Below the pieces are notes generated by a model. That model saw only the letters and a program-made list of their open reading frames with translations, was not told the DNA's origin and made no database searches. A stretch of 32,872 nt of DNA, from the NCBI GenBank assembly GCA_044336965.1, contig JBIIOL010000001.1, positions 1 to 32,872 of the forward strand, in the 5' to 3' direction. Shown piece by piece: positions 1-8,900 of this stretch. Origin of the DNA: Pirellulales bacterium (lineage in GTDB: Bacteria > Planctomycetota > Planctomycetia > Pirellulales > UBA1268). A program made the position numbers and the translations under genes. How positions within the stretch are numbered: the stretch's first letter is position 1; the number at the start of each line of letters is the position of its first letter.

Positions 1-1214
1 TCCTGCGGCACGCCATCGACCTCGGTATAGGTGGCCTTGAGCGCGAAGCCCTGATCGTCGCGGTTATGTTTCTGCAGCAGGATGCCACCCACTCCGACGA
101 CGAGATTGGAACTGGCGTATCCCATCCGTTCGATACGGGCCAGGACTTCCTTGAACCGCTCGTAATAGAAGCCGTCGCCATAGATCAGGCCGACATTCGG
201 ATTGAGAACGCGAAAGCCGCGGGCATTGACCGTACTCCCGAACGTCTCGTCGAGCAGTCGAATCGCCCCCTTGCCCTCCGGCGTGTTGTCCGGGGCGTTC
301 GGGTCGCCGCAGAGGATATGCTCCGGGTTGCCGGAATCCGGCCGGAACACGACCCGGCCATCCCGCTCCATGATCCGGTTCCGAAGCCGCCCGCAGAAGT
401 TCGTGAGCACGTTCCAGAGGTTGTACGTATCGCTCACGATCGACACGACGCCCGAGGGATAGAGGTCGAGCATCCGCTCAAACGCCATGAACTCCCCATC
501 ACGGCCATAGCTGCACATCACGGAATGCTCCGATGCCGGGACGCTGACGCCGATCGGTTCCTCGCCATCGTAGAACTTCGACAGCATCCAGACCGCGGGC
601 ACCGTGTCACCACCAAGAAAATTGATGAGGTGGGCGGCCCCACTGAGCGATGCGGTCTCCTCGCTCGATACGCCACGGTAGCCGAAGTCGTGCACTTGAT
701 AGGGGAGGTGGGTCTCGTCGTCGCACGTCCGCCGGGCGTACTCGAGGACCAACTGATAGAGCTTCTGGCTGTAACTCGCCACGGTCGTGGTGTTCCAAAC
801 CTTCAGCAGGAGGCTCTCGAAGAAGCCGACCTGCCAATAGGCTTCGGGGTCCGTGTTCGTGATCGTCATCAGGACGTTCTGCACCGGAACGACGCTTCCC
901 TCCGGCACTGCCTTCACGTCGAGCGACACGTACCCGCGGTCGACGAGGCGATCGAACTTCTCCCGAATGTCAGGACTCGGGTCGGAGCCGAGGATCATCT
1001 TCCGGTAGTGGTAGTACTCCTCGACGTTTTCGCGGGTGATCCGCTGCGTGAGGTAGCGGTCGAGAAAATACTGGAGCCCGAAAAACACGCTGTAGGGAAG
1101 CACTTTACCGGAGCGGGCCATCAGGTAGCTGTAGACCTTGTTGGTGCCAGGTCGGTACTGTTCCATGTGCCCCATCTTGTAGACGTCGGTGCACAGCAAC
1201 GGGTTGTGGAACAC
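1..1214 (-). CDS. nadV: Nicotinamide phosphoribosyltransferase (NAMPT/NadV family). N-terminal part only; the C-terminus runs off the window edge. GTG start at 1214.
   Basis: Minus-strand translation begins VFHNPLLCTDVYKMGHMEQYRPGTNKVYSYLMARSG...GYRGVSS...IYGDG. This matches the NAMPT N-terminal signature (NxLLxTDSYK) and the core. An in-frame TGA lies just upstream of the GTG. The long plus-strand ORF 66..1829 is its antisense shadow. Confidence 0.8.
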   Translation of the reverse strand, partial: MFHNPLLCTDVYKMGHMEQYRPGTNKVYSYLMARSGKVLPYSVFFGLQYFLDRYLTQRITRENVEEYYHYRKMILGSDPSPDIREKFDRLVDRGYVSLDVKAVPEGSVVPVQNVLMTITNTDPEAYWQVGFFESLLLKVWNTTTVASYSQKLYQLVLEYARRTCDDETHLPYQVHDFGYRGVSSEETASLSGAAHLINFLGGDTVPAVWMLSKFYDGEEPIGVSVPASEHSVMCSYGRDGEFMAFERMLDLYPSGVVSIVSDTYNLWNVLTNFCGRLRNRIMERDGRVVFRPDSGNPEHILCGDPNAPDNTPEGKGAIRLLDETFGSTVNARGFRVLNPNVGLIYGDGFYYERFKEVLARIERMGYASSNLVVGVGGILLQKHNRDDQGFALKATYTEVDGVPQ

Positions 1215-1256
1215 GGCAGGATCCTTTGGAAAGAGGGTCTGAGCGGGCAGCAGGTG

Positions 1257-2147
1257 TCAGACATGAAACTCCACGAGCCCCGGGCACGGTCGATGCGAGC
1301 GAATCGAGTCGGTCGTGAATACACCGTCGAGCCGACCTTCGTCGTCTCGGCAGGCCAGCAGGCGGTCGAGGCCGTTCGAAAAGATGCCGTGGGTCACGTA
1401 GAGGTGCACCGCCGCTGCGCCGTGATGGCGCAGCATCTTGGAAAGTTCCAGGAACGTACGGCCGCCGTCGCAGATGTCGTCCACGATCAGGCAGGTCTGG
1501 CCTGCCACATCGCCGCCGGCCTCGAGTTGCATGCCGATGATCGCACCGCGGTTCGCCACGTCCCTGGTCTTCGTCGCCTGGACGGTGGCAACGTGAGGAC
1601 ACCGGCTCTCCAGTGCCCGGAGGATGGCGTGCACGCGCTTGGCGGCTCCGGCGTCGGGGATGACGACCCGCGTCGCCCCGCTCTGCGCGACCGCCTCGGC
1701 AACGTGCTCGTGGATTGGCAGCGGACGGCACCGGTCGATCACGGCGGCAGTGACGTCGGAATGGGGATCGAGCACCAGGACCTCACCGAACCCGCATGCG
1801 TTGATGACATCGGCCAGAACGCGGATTGAGAGCGGGTCGCCGGGGACCATCCGCCGGTCTTGCCTCGCGTAAGGCACGTATGGCATGAACAGGTCGAGCA
1901 CGACCCCGGGGGCCCCCCCGCGGATCGCATCGGCAGTCAGCAGGACAGCCAGGAGATCATCCGACGAGTTGACCCGGTGGGCGACCAGAGCACGCCGACT
2001 CTCCTGGGGCAGGTCGGGGAACTGAACATGGACTTCGCCCCCTGCGAATACATGCCGCCGTGGTCGGATGACCCGCGTCGAAGGGATGCTGCGGCAGATC
2101 GCCGGTTCCCAATCGGGGTCGATCACCGAGATCAAGTCCCAAGTCAT
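1257..2147 (-). CDS. Ribose-phosphate pyrophosphokinase-like protein (Prs paralog, 297 aa). It sits directly upstream of nadV and is co-oriented with it.
   Basis: Carries MPYVPYARQDRR (Prs ...YARQDRR motif) and LIVDDICDGGRTFLELSKML...YVTHGIFS (PRPP-binding DDxxDTGGT loop). The N-terminus diverges and lacks the canonical housekeeping Prs start. A 42-nt gap separates it from the nadV start. Confidence 0.75.
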   Translation of the reverse strand: MTWDLISVIDPDWEPAICRSIPSTRVIRPRRHVFAGGEVHVQFPDLPQESRRALVAHRVNSSDDLLAVLLTADAIRGGAPGVVLDLFMPYVPYARQDRRMVPGDPLSIRVLADVINACGFGEVLVLDPHSDVTAAVIDRCRPLPIHEHVAEAVAQSGATRVVIPDAGAAKRVHAILRALESRCPHVATVQATKTRDVANRGAIIGMQLEAGGDVAGQTCLIVDDICDGGRTFLELSKMLRHHGAAAVHLYVTHGIFSNGLDRLLACRDDEGRLDGVFTTDSIRSHRPCPGLVEFHV

Positions 2148-2170
2148 CGTGGGCGGTTCCTTTCTCTGCC

Positions 2171-2185
2171 GTGGGGCTTCCCCAC
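2171..2185. promoter_or_regulatory. Perfect short hairpin gtgggg-ctt-ccccac in the 5' leader of the prs-like/nadV unit (also within the divergent intergenic region).
   Basis: 6-bp inverted repeat with a 3-nt loop, read directly. Function unknown. Confidence 0.25.
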
Positions 2186-2400
2186 ACAGCATCGTCTCTA
2201 TCCCTTTTTCGAGGGATCCTACCCCGCTGTTTGCCGCGTCGCAACGCTGCCCCACAAAACGGTTTCTGCGACCGCTCCCCCCCAGTAAACGGGCACCGTG
2301 CCCGCGTTCGCTCCCACCGTCCAGCCAGGAAGCGTTTTTGCAAGACCCCTTCACCGTGTTATTCTTCCCCCCTAAGAGAGAGCGAATTTCTGCGCCATCG

Positions 2401-2406
2401 AGGAGG
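2401..2406 (+). promoter_or_regulatory. Shine-Dalgarno AGGAGG, 5 nt upstream of the GTG start at 2412.
   Basis: Seen in sequence: cgaggaggtttccGTG. Confidence 0.6.
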
Positions 2407-2411
2407 TTTCC

Positions 2412-4466
2412 GTGTCCCCCCACAACGTCATCTGGCTGGTTGCAGCGCTGGCCGCGGTCGTGCCCCTGCTCCTGTTTTTGTTTCTGTTCCTCGTCAACGT
2501 CGGCTCCGACCGAATCGCCATCCTTGAGCGTCGCTTCCTCGGCAAGGAACTCGCTCCCGGCCGGGTATTCGCCCTGGCGGGCGAGGTCGGATCGAAGGCG
2601 GCCTATCTCGCACCGGGACTGCACCTCGTCGCATGGCCAATCGTCCGAGTCGTCGGCAAGCCCCGGTTCGTCACGATCGGCGCCAACGAACTCGGTATCG
2701 TCGAGGCGACTGACGGAGCGCCTCTTCAGTCGGGCCGAATCTTCGCCGATGATCCGGCCGGTGAACACCACGGCGATTTCCAGCGGCCGGTGGATTTTCT
2801 CACGCACGGGGGCATCCGCGGCAAGCAGTTGCGATTCCTGACGAACGGCACCTTCAAGATTCATCCGGGGCTCTTCAAGGTGACCAAGATTGCGAAGACG
2901 GTCGTGCCGGAGGGCAAGATTGGCGTGATCACGGCCGCCGACGGCGCTCCATTGGCCCCGGGCAAATTGCTCGGCCGCAGCGTGCAGGATCATGACAACT
3001 TTCAAAAGGCCGAGTCCTTTCTTCTGCAAGGCGGCCAGAAGGGGCCGCAAATGGATTTCCTGCGGCCCGGCACCTACAACATCAACACGGAGATCTTCGC
3101 CGTCGAGATCCGCGACGCGGTCCAAGTCGATGAGAACGAAATCGGAATCGTCGACGCGCGCGACGGACTCGCTATGGCCCGCAGCGACGTCGTGGTACAT
3201 ACTCCGGCCGAGGTCAACAGTTTCCAGGACGGGCAACTGTTCCTTGACCACGGCGGGAATCGCGGCCCCCAGGAAAACATCCTCACGCCGGGCACGTACT
3301 ACATCAATCCGTACATGTTCGCCGTATCCAAGCGCAAGCAGACCCTTGTGCGGCAAGGCGAGGTGTCCGTCCTGATCTCGAACATCGGAAAGGATCCGGC
3401 CGAGTTCACCGACACGGCGAAACAACCACACGCCGACGACTCCGGAACGCGGCACGTCGTTCCGAAGGGCTTCCGCGGCATCCAGCGAGAGGTGCTCGGC
3501 CCCGGCGCCTACAACATCAACCCGCTGGCATACTCGGCGATCATCATCCCCACCACGACTCGCTCCGTCGACTGGAGTGAAGAGAAGACGAAGCCTGCCG
3601 AGGCGGCCGCCTTCGACCCCTTCCAGGTCGTGTCACACGACGGCTTCGAGATGAAGGTGGAGGTCCGATGCCAGTACCGCATTCTGCCCGAGAACGCTCC
3701 CTACATGGTGCAGAAGATTGGCTCGATCGACGAACTCGAGAAAAATGTGATCCATCCGCAGATAGACGGCATCTTTCGCGCACAGGTTTCGCGATCCCCC
3801 GCGATCGCCTACCAGCAGAACCGCGCCGAAGAGCAGAAGGCCGCGGAGGAGGCGGTCCGGCAGGATCTCTCAAAATACCGGGTGGAGGTGGTGTCCGTCA
3901 TGATCACCAACATCCACCTGCCCGAGGCGCTGATGAAGACCACCCAGCAGAAGAACCTCGCCGAGCAGGAAAAGTCGATGTTCGACGCCAAAAAAGATGC
4001 CGAACAGAGGCGTATCGAATATGAAAAAACGAAGGCGGAGGCCGACGCGCAGGTCAGGATCATCACAGCCGAGTCGGGCATCAAGGTGGCACAGCACGAG
4101 GCCCGCCAGGTCGAGGAACGGGCGAAGGGCGAGGCCTCGCGGGTGCGGATGATTGCCGAGGCCGATGCCGCCAAGACCAAGCAGGTGGGCGACGCCGAGG
4201 CGAGCGTGGTGCAGTCAAAGGGCGAGGCGCAGGCAAAGGCGTATCGCGATCAAGTCGACGCCCTGACAGCACAGGGGGTCACCACCGTCGAAGTCATGAA
4301 GGCCATTTCGGCAGCGGGCCTCAAGATCACACCCGACATTCTCGTGGCGGGCGGAGGGGAATCCACTGACACCGGCGGACTCGTCAGCGTGTTGCTCGCA
4401 CAACTCGTGCAGAGAAAGCAGATCGACACGAACCCGTCTGTGGCTGTTCCCGGAACCATCCCCTAG
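2412..4466 (+). CDS. SPFH/band-7 (flotillin-like) membrane protein of 684 aa. It has an N-terminal transmembrane helix, four internal ~90-aa repeats and a C-terminal coiled coil.
   Basis: N-terminal hydrophobic stretch VIWLVAALAAVVPLLLFLFLFLV. Repeats of G(G)xRGxQxxxLxPGTYxINPxxFxV occur four times. The SPFH-like core reads YRVEVVSVMITNIHLPEALMK. The E/K/A/Q-rich C-terminus is flotillin-like. Confidence 0.65.
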   Translation: MSPHNVIWLVAALAAVVPLLLFLFLFLVNVGSDRIAILERRFLGKELAPGRVFALAGEVGSKAAYLAPGLHLVAWPIVRVVGKPRFVTIGANELGIVEATDGAPLQSGRIFADDPAGEHHGDFQRPVDFLTHGGIRGKQLRFLTNGTFKIHPGLFKVTKIAKTVVPEGKIGVITAADGAPLAPGKLLGRSVQDHDNFQKAESFLLQGGQKGPQMDFLRPGTYNINTEIFAVEIRDAVQVDENEIGIVDARDGLAMARSDVVVHTPAEVNSFQDGQLFLDHGGNRGPQENILTPGTYYINPYMFAVSKRKQTLVRQGEVSVLISNIGKDPAEFTDTAKQPHADDSGTRHVVPKGFRGIQREVLGPGAYNINPLAYSAIIIPTTTRSVDWSEEKTKPAEAAAFDPFQVVSHDGFEMKVEVRCQYRILPENAPYMVQKIGSIDELEKNVIHPQIDGIFRAQVSRSPAIAYQQNRAEEQKAAEEAVRQDLSKYRVEVVSVMITNIHLPEALMKTTQQKNLAEQEKSMFDAKKDAEQRRIEYEKTKAEADAQVRIITAESGIKVAQHEARQVEERAKGEASRVRMIAEADAAKTKQVGDAEASVVQSKGEAQAKAYRDQVDALTAQGVTTVEVMKAISAAGLKITPDILVAGGGESTDTGGLVSVLLAQLVQRKQIDTNPSVAVPGTIP

Positions 4467-4533
4467 CCGCCGGCCGTGTGACCTGCGCCCCCGCACTTCG
4501 GTCGTCCTGCGACGCGATGGTAGACGGCGCTCG

Positions 4534-5496
4534 TTGAACGACACCACGAACAAGCGGTCATTGAAGACGATGCCATCGGAGTCTCGCAACGTGAAGGCCT
4601 TGGTCTGCCGCAGGGGACGCGTGACGTGCGAATCAAGAATCGCACCGGAGGTCGGACATCCAACAGATGTCCGCATTCGTGTCACCTGTGCTGCGATTTG
4701 CCGAACGGATGCCTACGTCGCCAGCGGAAGGATTCACGTGTCCGACGGCAGGGTGCCGGGGCACGAATTCACTGGAATCGTGGACTCCGCGGGCGCGGCG
4801 GTAACACGGGTGCGGCCCGGTGACCGAGTCGTGGTGAACCCGCTGATCGCCTGCGGCGACTGCCCGAGTTGCCGGAGCGCCCGGCCCCATCAATGTGTCG
4901 CTACGCGTTTTCTGGGGATCGATTGTGACGGCGCATTTGCAGAACTCGTCGTCGTTGACGATTCCATGGTGCACGTGCTGCCGGCAGGCATTCCCGACAC
5001 CGTGGGCGCCTACGCCGAGCCGCTTGCTGCGACGATGGCCGTTCTCGACGCTGACTTGCCGCCGGGGGCGAGCATCGCTGTCACGGGTACCGGCCGCATC
5101 GCCACCCTGACGGAATTCATCCTCCGAGAGTTTGGCCACGATGTCCACGCGGCCACCAGCGACGCCAACGAATCTGACGTGGTCGTCGAAACGAATTTGT
5201 GCTCGTCGAATCTCGAGTCGACCATTCGACTGCTGAAACCCGGCGGATTGCTGGTCATGAAGAGCCGTCAGCCCGAAACGGTCGAGATCTCTCCACTGGT
5301 ATGCATCCCCTGGCGGCTCAGGATCGAGTGCGTGTATTACGCGGACTTCGGCCTCGCTCTCGGACATCTCGCGCGATGGTCGCCGCAACTGCAACGATTC
5401 GCCGGAAGCGAGTGGCCACTTGCCCAGCACGAGCAGGCATTCGCCGAGGCATGCGAAGACGAGACGGCGAAGGTCTACTTTCGCCCCAACGGGTGA
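4534..5496 (+). CDS. Zinc-dependent alcohol dehydrogenase (MDR superfamily). The start is uncertain: TTG at 4534 or ATG at 4570.
   Basis: Contains GHEFTGIV (catalytic Zn His/Glu) and CGDCPSC (structural Zn cysteines). A KALVC motif lies near the N-terminus. Confidence 0.75.
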   Translation: MNDTTNKRSLKTMPSESRNVKALVCRRGRVTCESRIAPEVGHPTDVRIRVTCAAICRTDAYVASGRIHVSDGRVPGHEFTGIVDSAGAAVTRVRPGDRVVVNPLIACGDCPSCRSARPHQCVATRFLGIDCDGAFAELVVVDDSMVHVLPAGIPDTVGAYAEPLAATMAVLDADLPPGASIAVTGTGRIATLTEFILREFGHDVHAATSDANESDVVVETNLCSSNLESTIRLLKPGGLLVMKSRQPETVEISPLVCIPWRLRIECVYYADFGLALGHLARWSPQLQRFAGSEWPLAQHEQAFAEACEDETAKVYFRPNG

Positions 5497-5503
5497 ACTG
5501 AAT

Positions 5504-7309
5504 ATGTGTGGAATCGCAGCCATCCGCACACCTCGTCGGGACGGGATTGGGCACGCCTTGAGCGCCGCACTGACGGCTATGCACCACCGGGGGCCCGATG
5601 ACACCGGCGTCTACGTTTCTTCACGGGCGGACGTGGGCCTCGGATCCGCGAGACTGGCCATCATGGATCCTGCCAATGGTCATCAACCCGTTGCAAACGA
5701 GGATCGCGGCATCCATGCCGTCGTGAACGGCGAGTTCTATGAAAGTGACCGTCTGCGAAAAGCACTCGAAGACAGGGGGCATCGCGTCCGCACTGGCAGC
5801 GACAGTGAACTGCTCGTGCACCTCTACGAGGAACACGGCACGGGATGCCTGCGATTCCTCCGGGGTGAGTTCGCGTTCGTGTTGCTCGACGAATCGGCCA
5901 ACCGGCTCTTCCTCGCCTGCGATCGCTTCGCCATCAAGCCGCTTCACTACGCACGATCCCGTGGCGGTTGGATCATCGCTTCGGAAATCAAGGCGCTCAT
6001 TGCCATGGGGATGGAACCCCGGTGGGACCTGGCCGCCTTGCAGCAGTCCCTTGCATTCCAGTACGGAAAGCCGGGCTCGACGCTCTTCGAAGGTGTCAGG
6101 CAACTGCGTCCCGCCCACGCGATGGTCCTGGATGGTGATGATTGCAAGGAGTTCGTCTACTGGGAGCCCTGCTTTGAACCTGATCCGACCATCACCGCCG
6201 AGGCGATCGGTGCCGCCCTTCGTGAGGCGGTACACCTGCGACTGCGGGCCGACGTCCCCATGGCATGCACGCTGAGCGGCGGATTGGACTCCAGCGCGGT
6301 TGCGGCGATATCGGGTATTCGTGACTGTTTCTGCGTTCGGTTCGACGCCCCTGAATACGACGAAGGCCCGCAGGTGTTGGAGGATGGTCCGAGTGATGTG
6401 CGAATCCATCAGGTCCCCGTGACGCGTCGCGATCAGGTGATGCATCTGGAAGATGCGGTGCGACACAGTGAGGGATTGGCCATCAACGGCCAGTTGGTCG
6501 GCAAGTTTCTCTTGTCTCGCGCCATCCGGGACGCCGGGTTCAAAGTGGTCCTCGCGGGCGAAGGGGCTGACGAAGCGTTTCTCGGCTACGCGCACCTCCA
6601 GCAGGATTACACCGACACGCCACCGCAGATTGCGTTGCAGCAGGGCATCATGCTGCCCGCTCCGGGAGAGTCTTTTCCCTGGCGCATGCCGACGTGGCTC
6701 GAGCGTGTTCCCACATTCCTGCAGGCGAAACTGGCCACGGGCCGTCATGCAGCCGCATTGCTCGCCCACCCGCCGAACCCGCAGACGATCCTCGACGACT
6801 GCCTCGGCGGCATCGACTTGCCGTCGGGCCCATTCGTGCGCCGGAGCGCGTGGTTGTGGACCCGCATGGCGCTGGCGGGCTACATTCTTCGTACGCTTGG
6901 CGACGGTGCCGAGATGGCCCACTCCGTCGAGGCCAGACTCCCATTCCTCGATCACGAACTCTTCGCGGTCGCCGCGAGGATTCCGCCGCCGGCACTCCTC
7001 GACCATGAACATACAAAGCTGGCGCTTCGCGAGGCGTTGCGTGGGATCGTGCCGGAGACGGTCCGCACGCGCAAAAAGCATCCCTTTCTCGCCCCACCGC
7101 TCGACGGCGATCAGGCAGTCGACGATTTCGTCCAGGATACGCTCGCCAGCACGGCATGTCGCGAACTGCCGCTCTTCGACCATCGAGCCGTTCGACGATG
7201 GGCTGCTGCGCGATTCCGGCTTCCCGATGCCGATCGCCATCGGCTGGATCCGGTTCTGATGCAACTTCTCACCGCAACGCTGCTCCAACGATGCTTTCGC
7301 ATGACATGA
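5504..7309 (+). CDS. Asparagine synthetase-type class II glutamine amidotransferase (AsnB family) with an N-terminal Cys nucleophile.
   Basis: Starts MCGIAAI. Carries SGGLDSS (PP-loop ATP pyrophosphatase motif) and the typical AsnB core FVLLDE/IKPLHY. The ATG is at 5504, 7 nt after the ADH stop. Confidence 0.85.
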   Translation: MCGIAAIRTPRRDGIGHALSAALTAMHHRGPDDTGVYVSSRADVGLGSARLAIMDPANGHQPVANEDRGIHAVVNGEFYESDRLRKALEDRGHRVRTGSDSELLVHLYEEHGTGCLRFLRGEFAFVLLDESANRLFLACDRFAIKPLHYARSRGGWIIASEIKALIAMGMEPRWDLAALQQSLAFQYGKPGSTLFEGVRQLRPAHAMVLDGDDCKEFVYWEPCFEPDPTITAEAIGAALREAVHLRLRADVPMACTLSGGLDSSAVAAISGIRDCFCVRFDAPEYDEGPQVLEDGPSDVRIHQVPVTRRDQVMHLEDAVRHSEGLAINGQLVGKFLLSRAIRDAGFKVVLAGEGADEAFLGYAHLQQDYTDTPPQIALQQGIMLPAPGESFPWRMPTWLERVPTFLQAKLATGRHAAALLAHPPNPQTILDDCLGGIDLPSGPFVRRSAWLWTRMALAGYILRTLGDGAEMAHSVEARLPFLDHELFAVAARIPPPALLDHEHTKLALREALRGIVPETVRTRKKHPFLAPPLDGDQAVDDFVQDTLASTACRELPLFDHRAVRRWAAARFRLPDADRHRLDPVLMQLLTATLLQRCFRMT

Positions 7310-8061
7310 AGACGACCGAACCGTGGTGGGAGTCCCTGTACGACGATCACGTCGCCGACGTGCTGTTGGAACGAACAACTCCGTCGGAGATCAGCCTCGC
7401 CACCGACTTTCTGATGGAGGTTCTCGACCTCCGCGAAGGTTCGATGGTACTCGATCAATGCTGCGGCACGGGGCGGATTGCGTGGAGTCTCGCCGCACGC
7501 GGAATATCCGTGCTGGGAGTGGACATCATCCCTTCCTACATCGAGCGGGCACGCCGTCGCGATACGATCGTGCCGCTCACGCCCCGCTTCGAGACGGCGG
7601 ATGCGTTCGAATTCAGTGCCAGCCCTTTCCGCGATGCCGCCTTCAACTGGTGGACGAGCTTCGGCTATGCCCGGGATGACGCAGACAACCTGCGGATGCT
7701 CCGTCGCGCGAGGGAGTCGATCCGCTCGGGTGGATCCTACGTTGTCGACTTCATGAACATACCGGGCATCCACAGGCATTTCCTGCCTCGGGTGACGACG
7801 TGCGCCGGCGACGTGACGCTCGTGCGAGACACCACGCTCGACCTTGCCGACAACGTGATGCGCAAGACGTGGACGTTCACGTTCGGCGACGGTCGCCAGA
7901 TCGTCCGTCGCAGTGCGGTGCGACTGTACGACCCGGCCGCCTTGCACAGCCTGTTCCTCGAGGCGGGTTTCGACACCATCCGACTCTACGGCGACGTCGA
8001 TGCGTCGCCACTGACCGTTGAAAGCCCGCGGTGCATCATCTACGGGAGAAATCCGCCTTGA
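7291..8061 (+). CDS. Class I SAM-dependent methyltransferase. An alternative ATG at 7306 would overlap the asnB stop as ATGA.
   Basis: VLDQCCGTGRIA is a motif I glycine-rich SAM-binding loop. The fold length is ~250 aa. The start overlaps asnB. Confidence 0.7.
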   Translation: MLSHDMKTTEPWWESLYDDHVADVLLERTTPSEISLATDFLMEVLDLREGSMVLDQCCGTGRIAWSLAARGISVLGVDIIPSYIERARRRDTIVPLTPRFETADAFEFSASPFRDAAFNWWTSFGYARDDADNLRMLRRARESIRSGGSYVVDFMNIPGIHRHFLPRVTTCAGDVTLVRDTTLDLADNVMRKTWTFTFGDGRQIVRRSAVRLYDPAALHSLFLEAGFDTIRLYGDVDASPLTVESPRCIIYGRNPP

Positions 8062-8084
8062 ACACGTCTTTCTTCCAGCCGGAG

Positions 8085-8900
8085 ATGCCGTCCGACTCCC
8101 GCACCACCCGAGACCGGATCTTCGCTGGTGCCGTCTACTTGAAATCAGCCGGGCCGGCATCTCTCGCTTTCGTCGCCAGCGTGCTGCAACTGATGCGGGA
8201 AAGACTCGAAACGGACGACATTCGCACGGCCCACGACAGATGGAGTGCCGACGAGTGGTTCACGCGTATCGGATCGCTTCGCCGGACCATATACGTCGAG
8301 CCGGAGTTTCAATCGCATGTTCGAGCCGTCGTGGCGGAGTGCGGGTTCGATACCGAACGCGTTGTCTTCGATCCGGCGCGGTTGCGTGTCGTACAGCCCG
8401 GCGGCTATCGCAACCCGCTTGCCGCACCGGTGTACTACCCGCACCGAGACACGTGGTATGCCCATCCCCAGTGCATGATCGTGGGGTGGCTGCCACTGCA
8501 CGATCTCGCACCCGAGGAAACCTTCGAGTTTTACCCCGACTGTCTTTCGAGGCCCGTGTCAAACGACTCAGAACGCTTCGACTACAACGACTGGATCAAG
8601 GACGGTCCGTCGCTGAAGATCGGCTGGCAGGAGCGGGACTCAGGGGTGACCGCCCGATACCCTCGGGCGCTGGAGACGACGGTGCCGGAGCGGGCGGAGC
8701 GATTCTCGTGCCATGCGGGTGACACACTTGTGTTTTCCGGCGCTCACTATCACCGGACGCTGCCTCACGACCTGCTGCAGACACGCTACAGTCTCGACTT
8801 CCGAATCGTAGACCGGGATGACATCGCCGCTGGTCGGGGCGCACCGAATGCGGACAATCGTTCACGGGGGACCACGCTGAATGACTATGTGGGGTTCTGA
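8085..8900 (+). CDS. PhyH-like Fe(II)/2-oxoglutarate-dependent dioxygenase (putative hydroxylase).
   Basis: YYPHRDTWY (HxD) together with a distal GAHYHRT His gives a 2-His-1-carboxylate facial triad arrangement. GGAG lies 4 nt upstream of the ATG at 8085. Confidence 0.55.
   Translation: MPSDSRTTRDRIFAGAVYLKSAGPASLAFVASVLQLMRERLETDDIRTAHDRWSADEWFTRIGSLRRTIYVEPEFQSHVRAVVAECGFDTERVVFDPARLRVVQPGGYRNPLAAPVYYPHRDTWYAHPQCMIVGWLPLHDLAPEETFEFYPDCLSRPVSNDSERFDYNDWIKDGPSLKIGWQERDSGVTARYPRALETTVPERAERFSCHAGDTLVFSGAHYHRTLPHDLLQTRYSLDFRIVDRDDIAAGRGAPNADNRSRGTTLNDYVGF

Noticed and set aside
66-1829. 587-aa plus-strand ORF
   Set aside because: It is the antisense shadow of nadV and the prs-like gene. Its translation has no recognisable motif, while the opposite strand gives a clean NAMPT sequence.
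1257-3455. 732-aa minus-strand ORF
   Set aside because: Only its C-terminal 297 aa, from the ATG at 2147, is the Prs-like protein. The upstream part runs antisense through the SPFH gene and is Arg/Gly-rich nonsense.
5621-7378. 585-aa minus-strand ORF
   Set aside because: It is antisense to the AsnB-like gene, which carries the MCGIAAI and SGGLDSS motifs. This is typical high-GC antisense ORF inflation.
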